DNA of 64,000 nucleotides from Marsupella aquatica (Eukaryota; Plantae; Marchantiophyta). Each line of letters begins with the position of its first letter. Position 1 is the stretch's first letter. Location: NCBI GenBank assembly GCA_973895155.1, contig OZ316894.1, positions 8,084,234-8,148,233 on the forward strand, read 5' to 3'. The notes under the pieces were generated by a model, which was not told the DNA's origin, made no database searches, and saw only the letters and a list, made by a program, of their open reading frames with translations. The position numbers were made by a program, and so were the translations under genes. This document shows, piece after piece, positions 24,254 through 43,482 of the stretch.

Positions 24254-24559
24254 TAAGCAATGTTAAATCAATGAGTAGTCTGTAAAATTCACAGTTCTCA
24301 AAATAGCTGGGAAGTATATTTCAAATGAATATGACAATATACAATGAAAAAGTCACTCTATACCACCAGGCCACTCTATACCACCAGGCCCGTGACCAAA
24401 AGGGTTGGGTCACAAAGGTGAACTTCTCTCCAGAAAAAAACAAAACAAAAAATGCTCCCCCTCATCTTGTTTTGTTTTGTCCCGGTACATGACAATACTT
24501 TGGGTCCTGGTAAGTGTACATCAAAATATGACATATAATGTGTATGACATAGCTCAATA

Positions 24560-25020
24560 CCATGCTAAATGCAGTCATATGTTGTGTATGACATTCCTCC
24601 ATACGATGACGAATGCCACCATATAGTGTGTACAACATTGCTCCATACCATGATAAATGCCACTTTTATGATTAAATCAATGAGTGCACCGCATATTATC
24701 ACATTTTGATGTGTGATTCCTCCATACCATGCTAAATGCCATCATATGCTGTGTACGACATTCCCCCATACCATGATGAATGCTGTCATCTAGTGTGTAC
24801 GACATTGATCCATACCATGATAAATGCCATTTTTATCTTTAAATCAATGAGTGCACATCGCATATTACCACATTTTGATGTGTGGTTCCTCCATACCATG
24901 ATAAATGCCGTCATATAGTAAGTGTGTACGACATTGCTCCATACACATGATAAATGCCATTTTTGTCCTTAAATCAATGAGCGCACACTGCATATTACCA
25001 CATTTTGATGTGTGATTACG
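24560..25020. repeat. AT-rich compound tandem repeat (ccataccatgataaatgcc... / taaatcaatgagtgcac...cattttgatgtgtg)
   Basis: Short and long subunits alternate and recur several times. Confidence 0.85.
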
Positions 25021-27599
25021 CAGGGCAATACTTTGGGGAAAGTACTTTCCTCTCCTCAATCTTAAGTCATCATGACAATAAGTGGGGCCTAGTTACAAGA
25101 AGACAAAGTATGGCAGACCAAAGTATTGGGATGAAAGTATTGCAAACAAAAGTATTGGGACTAAAATATTTCTGACAAATATATCTTGGGCCCATTTTTT
25201 ATCCCCCATCACAACTACTGAACTAAAGTTCAGCCAATGATTAACCTTACTATTTTGTTTGAATCACCCAGTGTACCTTATAATCTACCACAGACCTAGT
25301 GTAGTTTTTTTTTTTTGAAATCACTGAGTGTACCCCATATATTACTACATTTTGATGTGCAATTATGGGGATGCCTTTTATTCCCATTGAGGGATTATTT
25401 CAGAGTACTACCTCAGATCTTTGGATGTTTGTTAAGGTTTTCAATGCAAAAATACTTACCCCACAGGCAAAATCCATAGGCATATAGTATTTTGTGACTG
25501 CAGACCATATAATGTGCAACTTTTTCTTAATGAGATGTAATCTGGGGGAAATTAAAGGCCTTAAGTGCCAGGTTTAAGTTATCTTAAGAGTGAATGTAAC
25601 CCCAGACAACCTTAACATGCAAGAAAAAGACATCTCAAGTGTTGTCCAGTAATCGAGGCAACTAGGTTAATGGCCTTCGTTATTGGTATATTAAATTGAT
25701 AAAGTTGACCAGGGACTGTAATTTATCACTCTTATTGGTGTACAGTCCTCTTCTCAACACAGTTTGTGTAGGTTGTGAAATTATCAACTGTTGGGTGTAA
25801 ATTTGGGAGTGTAAAATTTATAGATGTTTTGGGCCGGTTTCAACTATAGAGCAATATCCTATGGGTTTTTAGAACTTCAGCCTACATTTGGAATAACTAG
25901 TCTATTTTCCCCCTTTTGGCGGATTAGTTTTCAATATATAGCATACTCTCCTGGACCATGAGGAGTTATTTTGTCCTGTACTTCTGAATCAGGAGATAAG
26001 GCATGCAAACAAAAAAGAAAAACCAATTTAAAATTTGAAGAAAAAGTTCTTTGCAAAAGATTGGGTTTGTATTCAATGAGGCATGCAGAAAAACAACAAC
26101 TTTAATTTCAAAAGAAAGCAGTTAGGGCAAAAGATCGAGTGTCTTCAATGGGGTACTCGGGGTATCCAAGGCAATACTAGGGGCATCCAAGGCAACACTG
26201 TAGAGAGCACAACTTTTCAAAAACGTTCATTAACAAAAGTGGTCTCAAACACACCAAGGTGTGCAGGGGGCAGTCTGGCCCTCACGATCTAGGGCGAGTA
26301 GGATCCAATATATATGGTGGGGACTGGGTGTGTTTTGGACTCTATCTGTTGGGGACTTGGGGCTCCATAGTTGTGGAACCTTCCAAAAGTGCAAAGCAGC
26401 ATCTGCTGGGGGCTCCATCGATGCTGCACTTTGGGGTGGAGCCTCAATGGGAGGTCTAGATGCTTTGGTGTGGACATTGGTTATACCTATGGAGGCCGAG
26501 TATGCTGTGCAGGTGTCGTTGCTGTGGAGTGGAGGTCTTGATGCTGAGGGCCGCAGTCCCTTTTCGATGCATGTCTGGAGAGCTCATTGCTGTGGAGGTC
26601 TTGATGCTTTGCTTGAGGGCTGCATTTGCTTGAGTCCTCTGTTATCTTTCATCTATGAGAGGGCTTGTTTTTTCTTGGGGCCCTTTCCCCTCTTTTCTCT
26701 CCTTCATTGGGTTGCTTTGCTTTCGGATCATGTCTCCCTGTTAGGCGTTTCTTGCCCTTGGACACTGTAATATTATAATATATATGGAGAGGGCTCGTAA
26801 GGGGGGCTGAAAGTGCTGGGGGCTGAAAGTGCTGGGAGCCAACTGGGGATAGGGAGGGTCATTGTGGCGTGCGAGGAAACAGTAGAAATTTTCCTCGTAT
26901 GAACAAACATTTCTTCACATGGCCCCTAGTTTTTCTATATGCAATTCCCTCGCTAACAGGACCTTGTTGATAACATCCATTTTGGGGACTCCTCTTTTTG
27001 CTAGCTATCTCGCTAGCCATCTGGAGTCATAAAAAACACACAAAATAGAAAAGCAGCAAAAAGCAAAAGAAATTTAAAACCACAAGTGCCTCAGCTAACA
27101 ATACTCCCCTCGCTAACAAAATTCCTGTTTCCTCGCATTATAGAATACCTCGGATAGGGATAGGGCAAATAGAGATAGGGCAAATAGAGTAGGGGGAAAA
27201 AGTGAAGCCCTTAGCACTTTCAGCCCCCAGCACTTTCACTAGTTGGCTCGATCCTCTACTGATGGCACTGCATTGTGTGATGAAGTTAGACGGGTGCTGG
27301 GGCTGTCAGGGGGCTCCATCCTGCAGTGATTGATCCTCTACTGATGCTGCCCAATGTGATGAAGTTCAATCAAGTGCCGGGGGCTATCTGGGGGCTTCAT
27401 TTTAAGTCATCGCTTATTAGCCCCGCACTTAGCACTAGCTTGATATCCCTTCCCTGAACAAAAATAGAGATATATGACCACAAAAGACACACTGCAAAAA
27501 AAAATAAATGAAAAATTATATAAGAATTATATGCTACTTCCTGCTAATATTTTGCCCTATACCTATTTTTTGTCTATCCTCACCTTCAGTTTAGTCTTT

Positions 27600-28340
27600 A
27601 GTGAGAGTTACATTCTAGAGGGTTCGCTCTAGACCATAGCCCCAGAAAGTAGTTTTGCATCAAGCTTTGGCTTACTAGCCTGATTACACCTGATCCTTGA
27701 AAATAAATAAAGATGAAAAAGAGTCTCTAACTGGACCCGTAACCAGAAAGAAAAATTGCAAAAAAGAAAATTCTATGCTATTTCTCTTCCCTCTTTTTTT
27801 GTTCACCCTCATTTTGGCCTTATTTAGAGGCCAATTTTCTGTACTGATTTTTGGATCTAGCGTTGTCGTAGATGAGTTACTGTCTAGAGGCTTCACTCTA
27901 GGCCCTACCCCACGTTGAAAGTAACTTATTTTTGCCATTTATTAGTGAGGTGCTATCTCTCCTTAGTTTTGCCCCATCCTTTTTTTTCTCACCCTCAATT
28001 TGTCCTTATTTAAACTCCAATTTTTTTCTTTATATATTTGAGTCCAGTTTTGTCCTGTAGACCCTAGCCCGCACGTTGGAAGTAGCTTATGTTAGCCATT
28101 TATTAGAAAGATGCTATCTGTGCATGCCCCATCCTCGTATGCCCCATCCTCGTTTTCTGTTCACCCTCAATTTGTCCTTATTCAGAGTCCAATTATTTTT
28201 GAGCCCAGTTTTGTCTTTATATGGAATTATGGTCTAGATGCTTCACTCTAGACCCTAGCCCTTGAAAGTAGCTTATGTTCACAATTTATTAATAAGATTT
28301 CTAGACCCTGGCCCTTGAAAATAGCTTATGTTTGCCATTT
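27600..28340. repeat. Degenerate tandem repeat with core ctagaccctagccc...gaaagtagcttatgtt.gccatttatta
   Basis: The core recurs near 27630, 27897, 28057, 28247 and 28301. Confidence 0.75.
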
Positions 28341-28900
28341 ATTAATATATATCACAGTGCCCAATGGCAAGAAACGCCAAATTGGAAGACAAGAGCCCAA
28401 TGGCAATGGCAATGGCAACGGCAACGCAACCCAATGAAGGGAAGGAAAAGAGGGGAAAGGGCCCCAAAAAAAACAAGCCAAGGGGACCCCAACCAAACGC
28501 CAACGAAGAAACAAGGACCAAAAAAGGAATCGACAAAGGAGCCATGAAGGCTAACACCCAATAGGACAGAGAACTGAAAAGCCTGGTAGAGTTCCGGGGT
28601 AAATCTCATAGGAGAGTCATGCATCGGAACTTGCCGGGAGGCCCTAAAACCAACAGCTTCAGCCCTACGAAGGAGGGTGAAAGCTTGGGCCCTCTGAAGA
28701 GCCACAGACATCCGTTATCCAAAAAAGGTGGCAATGACAGAAATAGGGGGGAAAGGGCCTCCTCTCAATACAAAAAGCTGCACAGACTTGCAGAAACTGG
28801 TGGAAGGTAGGGTGGAGAGCACCAAAAACTTCCAGGGCAAATATAGGTACTAGGTTCTCTCTAGTAGGCTGAACATCATTCAAGTCCTTTGGATGTTGGA
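28340..28900 (-). mobile_element. 5'-truncated non-LTR retrotransposon (RLE-type, CRE-like): C-terminus and 3' UTR
   Basis: Minus-strand translation LVPIFALEVFGALHPTFHQFL... then VIATFFG*RMSVALQRAQAFTLLRR matches the FVPFAxExFG / R(L)SxALQRxxA tail of restriction-like-endonuclease LINEs. The same 3' UTR recurs at 26660-26790 (+) and 48830-49040 (+). Confidence 0.65.
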
Positions 28901-31392
28901 GTAGAGCATCCTAAGGAAACCACTCAGACATCAATTTCTCACAAATGCATTCTCTACTGTGACCTTTAATATATCCATCTGTATCCAAGTTTTGCATATG
29001 ATGAACACCAACAGAAAGTGTTACATGATGGCACTCTTATCCGAGCATGTCTGACACATATGTGGTTCCCTTATGCTAACGGGGTTTGGGCGGAACCCAG
29101 TATGTTACTTGGAGTCAAAGACACAAGCCCATCAAATTGACTGTAATGCTATAGTCAATTTTGCAAACTGGGTGCCTTACAGGAATGGTAAAGGCCGCTG
29201 TGATACCCCATTGCCTTTGATGGGGTTTCCCTAGATGAAGGTCAGACCGTCCTGGGAGGCCTCCCTCCTTGCAGGAAGGAGCTCCTCGTCGAAAAGTAGT
29301 CCTGCTTAATGAGATTATCGCTTAACCAGTGGGGTTGCTCTATGACAAACCCCATTATGTAGCTCATGCCAATACCCTGCCCATAATATAAGGTGTGCAC
29401 TCATTGATTTAAATAAAATCACTAAATGATTGATTTTAAGAAAATAACTGGTATGGACTTATGTCTAGACACTATATGTCATATTTTGATGTGACGGGTA
29501 CCCACTAATAGCTGTTACATTGGGCTGTATTAAATGTTTAGCGCAATGAAACCCCACCCCGTTGGAGATGCTCGAGATGCTCTAAGCTCGTCCCCAAACC
29601 TATCGACATGTTGGCTTGGGTTGCATGTGACACATTGTGTTTAGAACACACTTGTGTTACAAACATCAAGTGCTGCTTCATCAATTTGCAGAGCCACCCC
29701 GTCCATTCTCTCCGGGCCATCCCCTTGTCCACTGTATTGTCGTCAATTTGATGGACGATGCACTCTCTGTGCCTTCTTGCTTTATCAGATCGCTGTGTGA
29801 AATCTTTTCACGTGAGGATCCAAGTTCATTGTGACAGGACGTTGTTCTTTTCGCTGGTTTTTAAGTGCGGACAGTGTCACAAGTTGCTCTGATGGTCAGA
29901 TCCGTCACTTGTAATTCTTCTCCAGTCAACTGGACCTTTCTGTTCAGTCGGATGATGATGATCATCTCTTTTATAGATGAGGGTGGAGGGGTCCAGTCGC
30001 CACTCTCTCGAATCACTGAAGTAATCTTCAGCCTGAGTAAGTGTAGCTGAATTTAAACTCTTTGCGGCAAAATAATCGTTGTCTTCGCTCCATGGAATAA
30101 TGGAAATCAGCTCGAGTTTGCTATGAACGTCCGCGAGCTCCTCTAGTTGCGTTGCTGTCCTAAATCAGACATAATTGCTGAGCTCTATTCCAACGCTATC
30201 CACATGATGACCGATCCGGGGACCGATCAAAGACCAGGGTGCGAATATCAGTGATTATGAAACCCCTCAACAAGCCCTCGGTCTCGGGTCATGGACTTCA
30301 CATTCAATGCAAGAATGAGTAACGTTAACCCCACTCCAAGCAATTATTATATTCACTCCAATACTAGCCCGCCATTCATGTTGCAAGAAGTCTTGAGAGA
30401 ATGAGCTCTGCCATTGATGCTGAAAGATCAATTCAGAGAAGAAAATTGTCGGAAGAATGTTAAATCCACGGAAGCGACCAGAGGGCAGTAGATACTGGTT
30501 CATGAACAAGAAACTTTGACTGTTTCAACGGTTGACGATGCGAGGTGATGGCTTGGAGTCTTGGACTCCAACCAATGCCGTCGCCAAAACCAAAAAAGTG
30601 GCGACAGATTCCATGCTAGTGTAGGTCCCCCCATCGTCCGCCCTTTTACTTTCCCTTTGCCCCTATCGCCGTTGGTTGTACCGTTCCAGACTATTACTGT
30701 TGGTGAGGAAGTCCTCATTGTAGGGACCAAAATCAATGAGAGTCTGGTGCGAGACGGGTTCAACGCTGGACTACCATAGCTCTCTAGTCCCTGCGTCAAC
30801 CTGTCAAGACAGTGTCAATCAACCTCTTCTAGAGAACCGGCCCGAACCGTCGATGCACTCATTCAGTTCCTTGGATAAGACGGATATTGAAGCTTCCCTG
30901 AAGAACGAGTCCTTTTTGTCTTGACGCGCTCGAATACGTCACTTTTATGCACAGAACGCCGAAGAACTTGTCTGGCTGGGTCATCCAATGGGGCCTGCCA
31001 TTATTTCGGCCGATAAATTTAGTAATGAAAGGAATGATATCTATAGTTCGGGCGATATCAGCTTTTCAAGTTGCAGCGAAGTAGTGATTCCTCCCTCTAC
31101 TCACTTGACCGTGTCGCATCACACTGTCAGCAAAAGACTCGGTCAAACCTCCTCAAGTTGCTTTTACACTGCCAAATGACAATCCCACCCGACGGTCGTG
31201 CCTTCAGCTGTAACATGGCGCTTTCTATCGAACGGATCTAATTGGACAGTTGGTTCTTGAGCGGCATCTTGGCTGTTAATATCGCGGGCGAGACGGAGGC
31301 ACCGTCAGGATGGCTGATGGTGCCGCAGTTATATAGCGTGTCTCTGCGAGAAATTGGGAAAGCTCATTCATCCGAGTGGTATTTGAGTGTGG

Positions 31393-31428
31393 TCTCTCTC
31401 TCCCTCTCTCTCTCGCTCTCTCTCTCTC
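31393..31428. repeat. (CT)n microsatellite
   Basis: tctctctctccctctctctctcgctctctctctctc. Confidence 0.9.
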
Positions 31429-31994
31429 ACTCCTGTGCCCTAGGACGATAACGAAGCGGCAACGGAATTGCATACTTCCACGGCACAGTAGTGCGAGCAA
31501 CATTGTTACAGGCCTCAGGCGCACACTAGGATCGTTAGGCGTTTCTGATCGCCATTCGTTGGGGTTTTGCATTGGGATCAGTCGACCGTAGTCTCCTGAC
31601 ATAGCTCAGTGTGTCTCTAGCTCTCCGGACGATTGATTGTGGGCTTTTTTGGCACGGACGGACGGACAGACCGAAGAAGCACCAGACAGTCCAGATCGCG
31701 AGCCGAATGTTTTTAGTACACGGGCATTGTAGTGTATTGGATAGAAATTTCTGACAGGGGAAATGTTGACGAGCTCCGTCCAGATTGCGTTCAGAGAGAA
31801 GTTCTGATGCTCGAAAGGGGATTCGTTTCTAACTGGAACGCGAGCGAGTGGCGGGCGGTTGATACTTTCATTGGACTCCAACTGCGCTCGTGTGTACACA
31901 GATAGAGAGCAGTAAAGGAGGGTCGTGGGATTCAGAGATTGGACTTGAGAGATTTCATCAGTGATATAGACTATTATTGATTGGGTGGTCAAGA

Positions 31995-32879
31995 ATGCCG
32001 ACCGCCGGTGTTGAAGGGCCTGCCCCCGCGAGTTTGCCTTTGAGAGAGAGGCTCATCGCCGTCTTCAGATTCAATAGATGGGTTCCCAAGAGATTCAGCA
32101 AACGGTCCTGCGAGAGGAAAAGGTCGAGCAGCGGGACCAAAACCGATGCCACCGGAGCGCAGAGGAAGGCGCGGGGCAGCAATGAGCAATCCGGAAAAAA
32201 GCAGGTCTCCAGGAAGAAAGTGAAAGACGCTGCACATCCTCCTCACCATGACGAACAACAAATGCTGCAACAGCTGGAGCACCACATCACCAGCATCTCC
32301 AACAACCCTCCCGTAGTGGCCAGAGCCAAGATCGCCAACTACGAGCCACCCAAATCCTACACCAGTCGTCGTATTGGATCCATTTCACCCTCCTCCCGCA
32401 ACTATTCGGGTCCCATCTCCGGACAGCCCTCGCGCAAGTACTCGCTCACCGCCGGATCCACTTCACCCTCCTCCCGCAACTATTCGGGACCCATCATCGC
32501 CACACAGCCCTCGCGCAATTACTCCCTCGCCGGGTCGCGGCGCAATTCAGGCACTCAGAGCGTTCCCGTGAGCGGCGAGCTCTCAAAGTCAGGCACCGGG
32601 GGCCCAACAATCGTCCGCTCGTCGAGCAAGAGCTTGACCAAGCTCCGGGACCAGTACGTGAAGGCGATGATGAAGCTCGGCGACATGGCCGACAGCGTCG
32701 CCATTGGAAACAGCGTCAATTTCGAGTCGCAGGTCTTCGAATCTGAAGTGATTCGGAAGCGCTCCACAACGGAGAACGAAATGATGGATTACTACCTGAA
32801 CAGCAGCATTCGCCCGGACGAATGGAAAGATGCTCACATGGGCAGCAGAGTCATCAGGGACGGCGCCATCACTGTGTGA
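31995..32879 (+). CDS. Uncharacterised plant protein, 294 aa: basic N-terminus, Ser-rich internal repeat, KLRDQYVKAMM motif
   Basis: Single-exon GC-rich ORF. The LRDxYVxxM motif resembles small uncharacterised land-plant families. SPSSRNYSGPI..QPSR.YSL is internally duplicated (about 32376-32530). Confidence 0.7.
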   Translation: MPTAGVEGPAPASLPLRERLIAVFRFNRWVPKRFSKRSCERKRSSSGTKTDATGAQRKARGSNEQSGKKQVSRKKVKDAAHPPHHDEQQMLQQLEHHITSISNNPPVVARAKIANYEPPKSYTSRRIGSISPSSRNYSGPISGQPSRKYSLTAGSTSPSSRNYSGPIIATQPSRNYSLAGSRRNSGTQSVPVSGELSKSGTGGPTIVRSSSKSLTKLRDQYVKAMMKLGDMADSVAIGNSVNFESQVFESEVIRKRSTTENEMMDYYLNSSIRPDEWKDAHMGSRVIRDGAITV

Positions 32880-34426
32880 AACCAGTCGCCCTTCAGACTC
32901 GGTTCCATGAACCTCACGGTGTAACGTAACTCAACCGCGCCCCGGAAACTCGGCGTCTCCACCCTCGTCGATGAACAATCCACCGGTCCCACATCCCTCT
33001 ATTCTACCCTCATCGGTGAACTCAACTCGGTCTCATGGGGATAACAGCGTGTGGTTCGAGGGCGTCTCCCGTGCTCTGACAGTGATACTCAAAAGGGAGG
33101 GGCGGCAGAAGGATACCGGTTTCATGGCGGTTCTCACCATTAGAGGGGAGCTGCATTAGAGGGTACCCGAATTGACAAGAGGGGGTGGAAGACTGTTTAG
33201 GGTTCCGTGCGTACCCTCAGTCCCCACTTCATTTCGGGGAGTGAAACAAAGCGAGGCATGCATTGCGAAAGTGTAATTTTGCTTAAAGAAGGAGAGAATG
33301 CTGTCTTTCCTTCGGCCGCGTCGAGATGCAAGACATGTACGAAGTAATTCGTAATTATAGAGAGTTTTCGACAGAACAATCGTGGTACACAGCTCGAGAG
33401 TGGTGTTGACAGTATGTAGATGTACCGCAAATATTGGTCGCTCAGTGGATGCGCTCTGATGGGATCGATGAGATCTCGATTTCTTTGTTCCGATTCTGCG
33501 GAATAGGACACCATGTGACAGGAATTACAAAAGTTCAGCTAGTCCTAGATTTTACAGGGAGATGGACGAGTAATCCGCTCCCTTGCACATATTCAATAGG
33601 TCACATAGATTTGGTTTGATCGATTTATGCCGGTTTGATCGATTTAAAGCGCCCTGTATGGGAACGTATCACTATTTCCTGTTCTGATGGGAGAATTCAA
33701 AGTAACTCCCCATCACTTCTTTCCATGCCAGAGGCGTTCTCTTTCAGGGATGATCTCATTCCCTCAAGGAGAAAAATTTGTAAATCAAAGGCTCACGATG
33801 TAAAATCTGGTTTACTCCGCCCAGAGTGATTATCATATATATTGTACAGTGGTTGGAGAGCTTGACCAAATGGGCTTCTAATTGGTTGATTGAATTTTTT
33901 CACTTCAAGGACTGGCACCCTCTGGCCCGCCCATCTCAGTCGTCAGAGAGTCAGCTTCGGAAGCATAGCGATGCTCCGTACACATTTCGGACTCGATCCT
34001 GAAGCATCGTAGCAAAGAAATAATCCCAGATTGACGTCATTTGGTAGTTCAGTAGTCGCACACGACTTCACATATCTTTGCAGTTACTTTGCGTGCCCGC
34101 CACAACAATCCCACCCTAAAATTGACTTCGTCAAACAGACGAATGTGTAGAAAATACAAAAATACAGCTGAAAATTCCGTCAGTTAAATACGAAACGTTT
34201 CTTCTAAACATCCTTGGCATATCTATCGCAATCTCCGGATTTCAGTGTCGTTTCCCAAGCCATCGTTCCGACATTGTAGTCTGCGTTGCAAGAATTCCGA
34301 GTCCCAAAGCCAATTTCATCACATAAACAACAGTGAGGCAATTTTTCTTGATAAGCTGATCATCTTAAAACAATGATTGGCTGGGAACGTGTTTCTCTCG
34401 TTTTCTACCATAAACCAACTTTCACC

Positions 34427-40448
<6,022 letters not shown>

Positions 40449-41144
40449 AACTCTGCTGCTGCTTCAATCGCTCCTCCACTTTTCACAAATCTGAGCTCGT
40501 CGTTCGTCAGTGCAGCTTACAGCCAAGACCGCACTGAAACTTGCTATGATTCTTTCTATCGTCCAACTGCCCTTTCTCGTCAATAAAGAAGAGCCGATTT
40601 GTTTCTACACCACCACATTCAACACATTCAACACATTGACCAACCGCAAATTCATCACCACACTGCACTTAAGACTACACAATTCATTGTTCCACTCTCT
40701 CCTCCACATTGCCGCGCACGAACCACTCCCGCTTTCGCCTCCGTGAGCTTGTCGTCCTGCTCCCTCCTCCCCGCTAGTATATTACGACGCCCGCCACCAT
40801 AGCCGAGTCGTCCAGCAGTTGAATTAATCCAAGACTCTCAAGCTTATTATGGAGTGCTGATGCTATTCTTCCTCTTCTTCATTGTTCATTCTTCTTCGCT
40901 GTAAACAACAACGCTAAATAAACCGGGCCCTGCAAAGCTACCGTGGTAACAGAATTGCTCTGTGGGCTTGTATAGATTTGGTCGACACAGGAAAACTATC
41001 TTTGGAATGGTTGTTTGTGAGTGTGCTGGGCATCTCAAACTTCTGGCCCCCACTTTCCACCGTTGTTGGAGTTTTCTTACAATTCTCTTAGAGCAGCCCA
41101 AATGGACCCCACACTTTACTTTTCACACCACAACTACCCATATA

Positions 41145-42195
41145 TGAAGGGTAAGTGTCAAACATATCTCCCTTTTTCCACATTCCACTCACTTCCTTCC
41201 TCTAAGGTCCCAGTTTTTTCCACAATTTTGGGAAAAAATAAATGTTAGTATTGTTATTTGGATCCTACAAGTAGCCCATAGCTCTTGAACTGGCAATTGC
41301 AGTATAGGTGCACTAATTTATTCCAGAGGCCACCGCTGCTACAGCCTATATGAACCCAACACTTTTTTCAAAGGGCATTGGTGCACCGGTTTACTCACTG
41401 GTTTACTCCAAAGGCCACCTCTGCAAAGACCGGCAAGGCACATTGAACAACAAACCCAAGGGGCCAAAGCAGCCCATATGAACCCCACACTGGGCCAGTT
41501 TATTAGTCACTTATTACAAGAATTAGGAGATAGGTTTAATTTTTTTAAGGTGCAAACCCAGCAGGACATGGCACAATGCCAGCACCGCAGCAGGAACAAA
41601 GGCATGAGCAGAACAGGGTAACCAGGAGGGTCATCGAAGGGAGAGCCACAGCCACAAAAAAACAAGGGATGTGTAATTAATTTAATAGCTAATATATACA
41701 ATTTGGTATACAATACGCAGAGAACAAGAACCTGAAAATATTGTTGAGGACAAGGACGAAACAATTTACCCAGGGCTGGGCTCATATATTCCACTGATAT
41801 TCCAACTCATTATGCATGTCATAGGGTGGCCGAGTTTACCTAAGCCCGGCCTAAAACACAATTTATAAAGTTGAAGTCTTAATTAAAGCTAATCATCTGA
41901 AAATTCAATTAAGGCTTCAACTCTTTGAATTGTGTTTTAGGCCTTACCCAAAATTTCATTGTTCTCTCTCTAAGAGTTCCACCTCACATACCCTAAATGA
42001 AATGGAATGAAATTAACACTAAGACACCAAACTCAGTGCCTTAAACCGCCACTAACCATGACAAACCAGGTTTGACCATTAATAGTAGCTTTGTCTTGAA
42101 TTGATGGATCAGACTAATGGATCAGACTAGCACACTAAAGAAAAGGAGATAGTGGAATAGTGAAAAAGGGGGAAGTCTTGGACACTTCCCCCTCA
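41145..42195. mobile_element. Non-autonomous TIR element (Tc1/mariner-like, TA flanks), about 1.05 kb, with an internal fold-back at 41848-41943
   Basis: Left end tgaagggtaagtgtcaaacatatctccctttttccacattccactc matches the reverse complement of the right end (tgagggggaagtgtccaagacttccccctttttcactattccacta). TA on both sides. Confidence 0.7.
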
Positions 42196-42279
42196 TATAT
42201 TGCCAGATGAAGAGGAATTTAAGGAAAAGATCGTTTGCCAATGCAGATTGCAAACAAGAATAATGAAAGGTAGCAAGGA

Positions 42280-43350
42280 GGTTGTGTAAGAGTCAGATTG
42301 GGAGCAAAATCAAAGTACCTGGTGTAGGGGGAAAGCTCTTGGTGGCAACCGTTGTGCAGCAAAAAGAGTTTTGTGCTGAAACTTTACTTCAAATATATTC
42401 ATCATTTATCCACTCCCATGTTTTTCCTAGTCAGGTTGTTGATCGAGTGAGCATAAGTGTCACTCACTCAGGGTGGCTTTACGTGGAAGACCCTAAACCC
42501 CATACTTCCAAGATTTGCTTCAGAATTCATCACAACCATTCATTTCAAGTGATCAGACAGACTTGGTTTTACATGAGTTGAGGGATCATTTAGACAAAAA
42601 AATCTCCCAACCTACATGGACTAGAGTGAATCCCCCATAATATTTATGTGGAAAGTGTACTTCTGGCCAAACTGACCCTGCCAACTCTCCTTCATTTTTG
42701 CTCAGGAGACCATCTGAATGTGGATCGGGTATGGCAAAACAGAAGTGCCTCGTACACTTGTCTCATGTGAAGTCAGCCTAAAGCTGGAGTTGTAGTTGAG
42801 GTATTAAATTAAAAATCCGAGGGTGATCCACGACGCATGCTATATGTACAGGTACTGTAGTAATTGATGATACAGAAAACAATTCTGGTTATCTAAAGAA
42901 GTTGAATGACCAGCGTATATCCTCTCCTGGCCTGGTGGGTCTGATCGCTTCCGTAATGGACGTGCTGTGATTATCCAACACAATCTACATTGTTTCACAT
43001 TGTCTATCCCTCTGCTTCACTTCCATTGAATGCGATGGTGGCACTCAACCGTCTATCGTTGGTGATTGACGTCTGCAGCATAGTCAAGTATCATTGCATT
43101 CATTCATAATCAGGTGCATCTTTCGAACCATGTTCAACGCAGAGTGAGCTCCAGTTTTTTGCCAGATATATGTGCAGATTGAAACTTAGACTTGTGGAAA
43201 AACTACAGAATTGTGCTCGTGAGTTCGCGAGTTTCTGTGCCTTCCTATTCCTTTCTGGAGTAGAAGAAGATCACAAGGGGGGGCTCGTGGTAAAATTTGC
43301 TAGACTGGACATGGCGATGAGATTGAGTAAGGAAGGCGGAGCTGCGACTT
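42280..43350 (+). pseudogene. Highly decayed copia integrase and RT N-terminal remnant upstream of GatA
   Basis: Collinear degenerate motifs: FIHSHVF (IHSDVW), WLY, SYT, RRMLY, KQFW..EV..AYIL (FWAEAVNTAAYL), RLKLRLVEK (YKARLVAK). Confidence 0.4.
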
Positions 43351-43482
43351 TTCGACAGTGGTGATGTCGGGCACGGGTAGTTGTGGCTTGTAACGTCGGG
43401 ATTTTCCCACATCCTACGAGCTCGTTATTTGTCGATAATCGGCCGACAGTTCTCACACCAGAGTCGGAATAAGGGTTTAGGA

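Noticed and set aside
43381-43482. Upstream non-ATG start for GatA given in the ORF track
   Set aside because: This is a eukaryotic gene; the first in-frame ATG at 43483 gives a plausible Ser-rich targeting peptide.
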